Assembly: GCA_050248855.1 (NCBI GenBank)
Contig: JBFWRP010000008.1
Span: 96,001 to 160,000 of the forward strand
Origin: Planctomycetota bacterium
GTDB lineage: Bacteria > Planctomycetota > PLA2 > JAEUHO01
Direction of reading: 5' to 3'
DNA length: 64,000 nucleotides
The notes beneath the pieces were generated by a model. That model was not told where the DNA came from, made no database searches, and was given only the letters and a program-made list of their open reading frames with translations. The position numbers were made by a program, and so were the translations under genes. Below, piece after piece: positions 62,760 through 64,000 of this stretch (position 1 is the first letter of the stretch; every line of letters begins with the position of its first letter).

Positions 62760-64000
62760 ATGGGCAAGCCTCCGCAGGATCCGCTGGTGCGCGCCCTGGA
62801 GGCGTTGGTCGCCGCGCTGCCCACGAAGGACGCCGCGTGTACTTGGTACCGGCGCTGCGTGAGGGCGCTGGGTGAGCACGCCGTGGAGGACACCTTCAAC
62901 GGCGGTGCGATCCGGCATCTGGTTCGCCGTGCGGAGGGGGGTGGCGATCTGTTGCCCTCTCCGTCGCTCAAGTGGACGATGGCTTCCATCGCCGGCACGA
63001 AGAGCGAGGGCGTGGAGCTGTTCGACGGTCGCCAGCGCATCAGCGTGCTGTACGGCGAGGACGGCGCGCCCATCGACCGCTCGGTGGATGGGACGGCCTC
63101 GGGCCGCCTGGTCGAGCTGGCACGACTGCTGGCCCATGACCCGATGCCCGAGGACGCGGCCCTCCACTTCGTGACGTCGCTCGACGAGGGGCGCTTCGGG
63201 CCTGCGCGCGTCCACTACCCGTTGCATGCGCCAGGCGGTGTGTCGGGCGTCGTCGCCAGGGCCCTCTCGGGCCTGCGTCGCGTGCTGTTCGAGGGCGGGC
63301 TGCCCGACGGCCCTGCGGTCGTGGCCATCGAGGGCGTGGGCGGTGGCGTGTGGGCACGGGGGAGCACGCGTGACGAGGCGGTTGCCCGCTGCCAGTTCCT
63401 GCTCGGCAAGGGGCCCATCTCGAGCGACACCGACTGGCACACGGCAACGGACGACTACGACGACGATGGAAACCTGATCACCCCAGGCGAGAGGCCGGCG
63501 TGGCCCGAAGCCGAGGTCCGACCGCCAGCCCCGGGCCCGGAGGTTCCCTGGCGCTCCGACGTCGATCCGGATGCGTGGAAAGCAGTCGCGCCCGCGAGAC
63601 CGGAGGTGTCGTTCGTGACGCCGCCCGCCGATCGCAAGCACGAGCGGATCGACCTGGGCACGTTCCACCTGCGTGGTCCCACACCGGACGTGCCCGAGCT
63701 GCCAGAGCGCCCCGAGTGCACACCCCTGGTGGTCGTGCCGATCGAGGGTTTGCCCTCCGAGCCGCCCCCCGTGGGTCGCTGGTGGCGCCTGCTGGGTGCG
63801 CACGGCCGTACCCGCTTCGTCGTGCGCATCGACCAGGGACACGACTTCCTGCTCGTGGGCTCGGACGTAGTGGGCATGCTCGATCTGGCGGCGTTGGATC
63901 CGGCGCTCGACCGCATCGACGTGATGGATCCGCCGCCCGCAGGACGCCCGGAGCACGAGCCGTTCGTCCGTTTCCGCACGCGCCGCTACCGCTGGATGCC
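62760..64000 (+). CDS. Hypothetical protein, runs off the right edge
   Basis: Manual translation MGKPPQDPLVRALEALVAALP... stays open to the end of the window with GC-rich third positions; the long minus-strand ORF here is its shadow. Confidence 0.7.
   Translation, partial: MGKPPQDPLVRALEALVAALPTKDAACTWYRRCVRALGEHAVEDTFNGGAIRHLVRRAEGGGDLLPSPSLKWTMASIAGTKSEGVELFDGRQRISVLYGEDGAPIDRSVDGTASGRLVELARLLAHDPMPEDAALHFVTSLDEGRFGPARVHYPLHAPGGVSGVVARALSGLRRVLFEGGLPDGPAVVAIEGVGGGVWARGSTRDEAVARCQFLLGKGPISSDTDWHTATDDYDDDGNLITPGERPAWPEAEVRPPAPGPEVPWRSDVDPDAWKAVAPARPEVSFVTPPADRKHERIDLGTFHLRGPTPDVPELPERPECTPLVVVPIEGLPSEPPPVGRWWRLLGAHGRTRFVVRIDQGHDFLLVGSDVVGMLDLAALDPALDRIDVMDPPPAGRPEHEPFVRFRTRRYRWM

Noticed and set aside
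62583..63956. Long N-terminal extension of the DUF1801 ORF (587 aa in the track)
   Set aside because: The real start is GTG 62582 with an AGGAGG RBS; the extension is antisense to the plus-strand gene at 62760.

Overview
High-GC bacterial DNA, probably Planctomycetota (inferred from a DUF1552 gene, prenyltransferase/squalene-cyclase-barrel proteins and an FGE-sulfatase fusion). All family calls come from motif recognition by eye; no database search was run. Left to right the window holds: a primase-helicase gene running off the left edge; DUF1585/DUF1552 remnants; a broken HEAT-repeat gene; an HTH/PIN toxin-antitoxin pair; an ~8 kb modification cluster (6566-14606); HAD and GNAT genes; an HNH nuclease + DUF2075 helicase pair; a kdp operon in unusual order (F-B-small peptide-A-C-D-E); three tandem ~1100-aa secreted barrel/HEAT paralogs; a 2Fe-2S adenylate cyclase; a CNNM/HlyC protein; a multicopper oxidase whose 3' end is duplicated 5.5 kb downstream around a DUF4062-STAND-FGE gene; a TPR-SLOG-cyclase + TIR operon; four lipoproteins; DUF2200; DUF1801; and a gene running off the right edge. 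Many spacers contain gene scraps. Two candidate new systems stand out. (1) The 6566-14606 cluster may be a 'hydroxylate-then-glycosylate' peptide/protein pathway: an aKG-HExxH hydroxylase, a 2OG-Fe(II) oxygenase fused to a protein O-fucosyltransferase-like domain, a plant SGT1/HPAT-like peptide glycosyltransferase, a GDP-mannose 3,5-epimerase, an ATP-grasp-like protein and DUF6065, around an overlooked 47-aa Pro-rich peptide gene. (2) The 52245-55041 operon may be a nucleotide-signalling defence system with a non-canonical cyclase pocket. No rRNA, tRNA or CRISPR array was seen.
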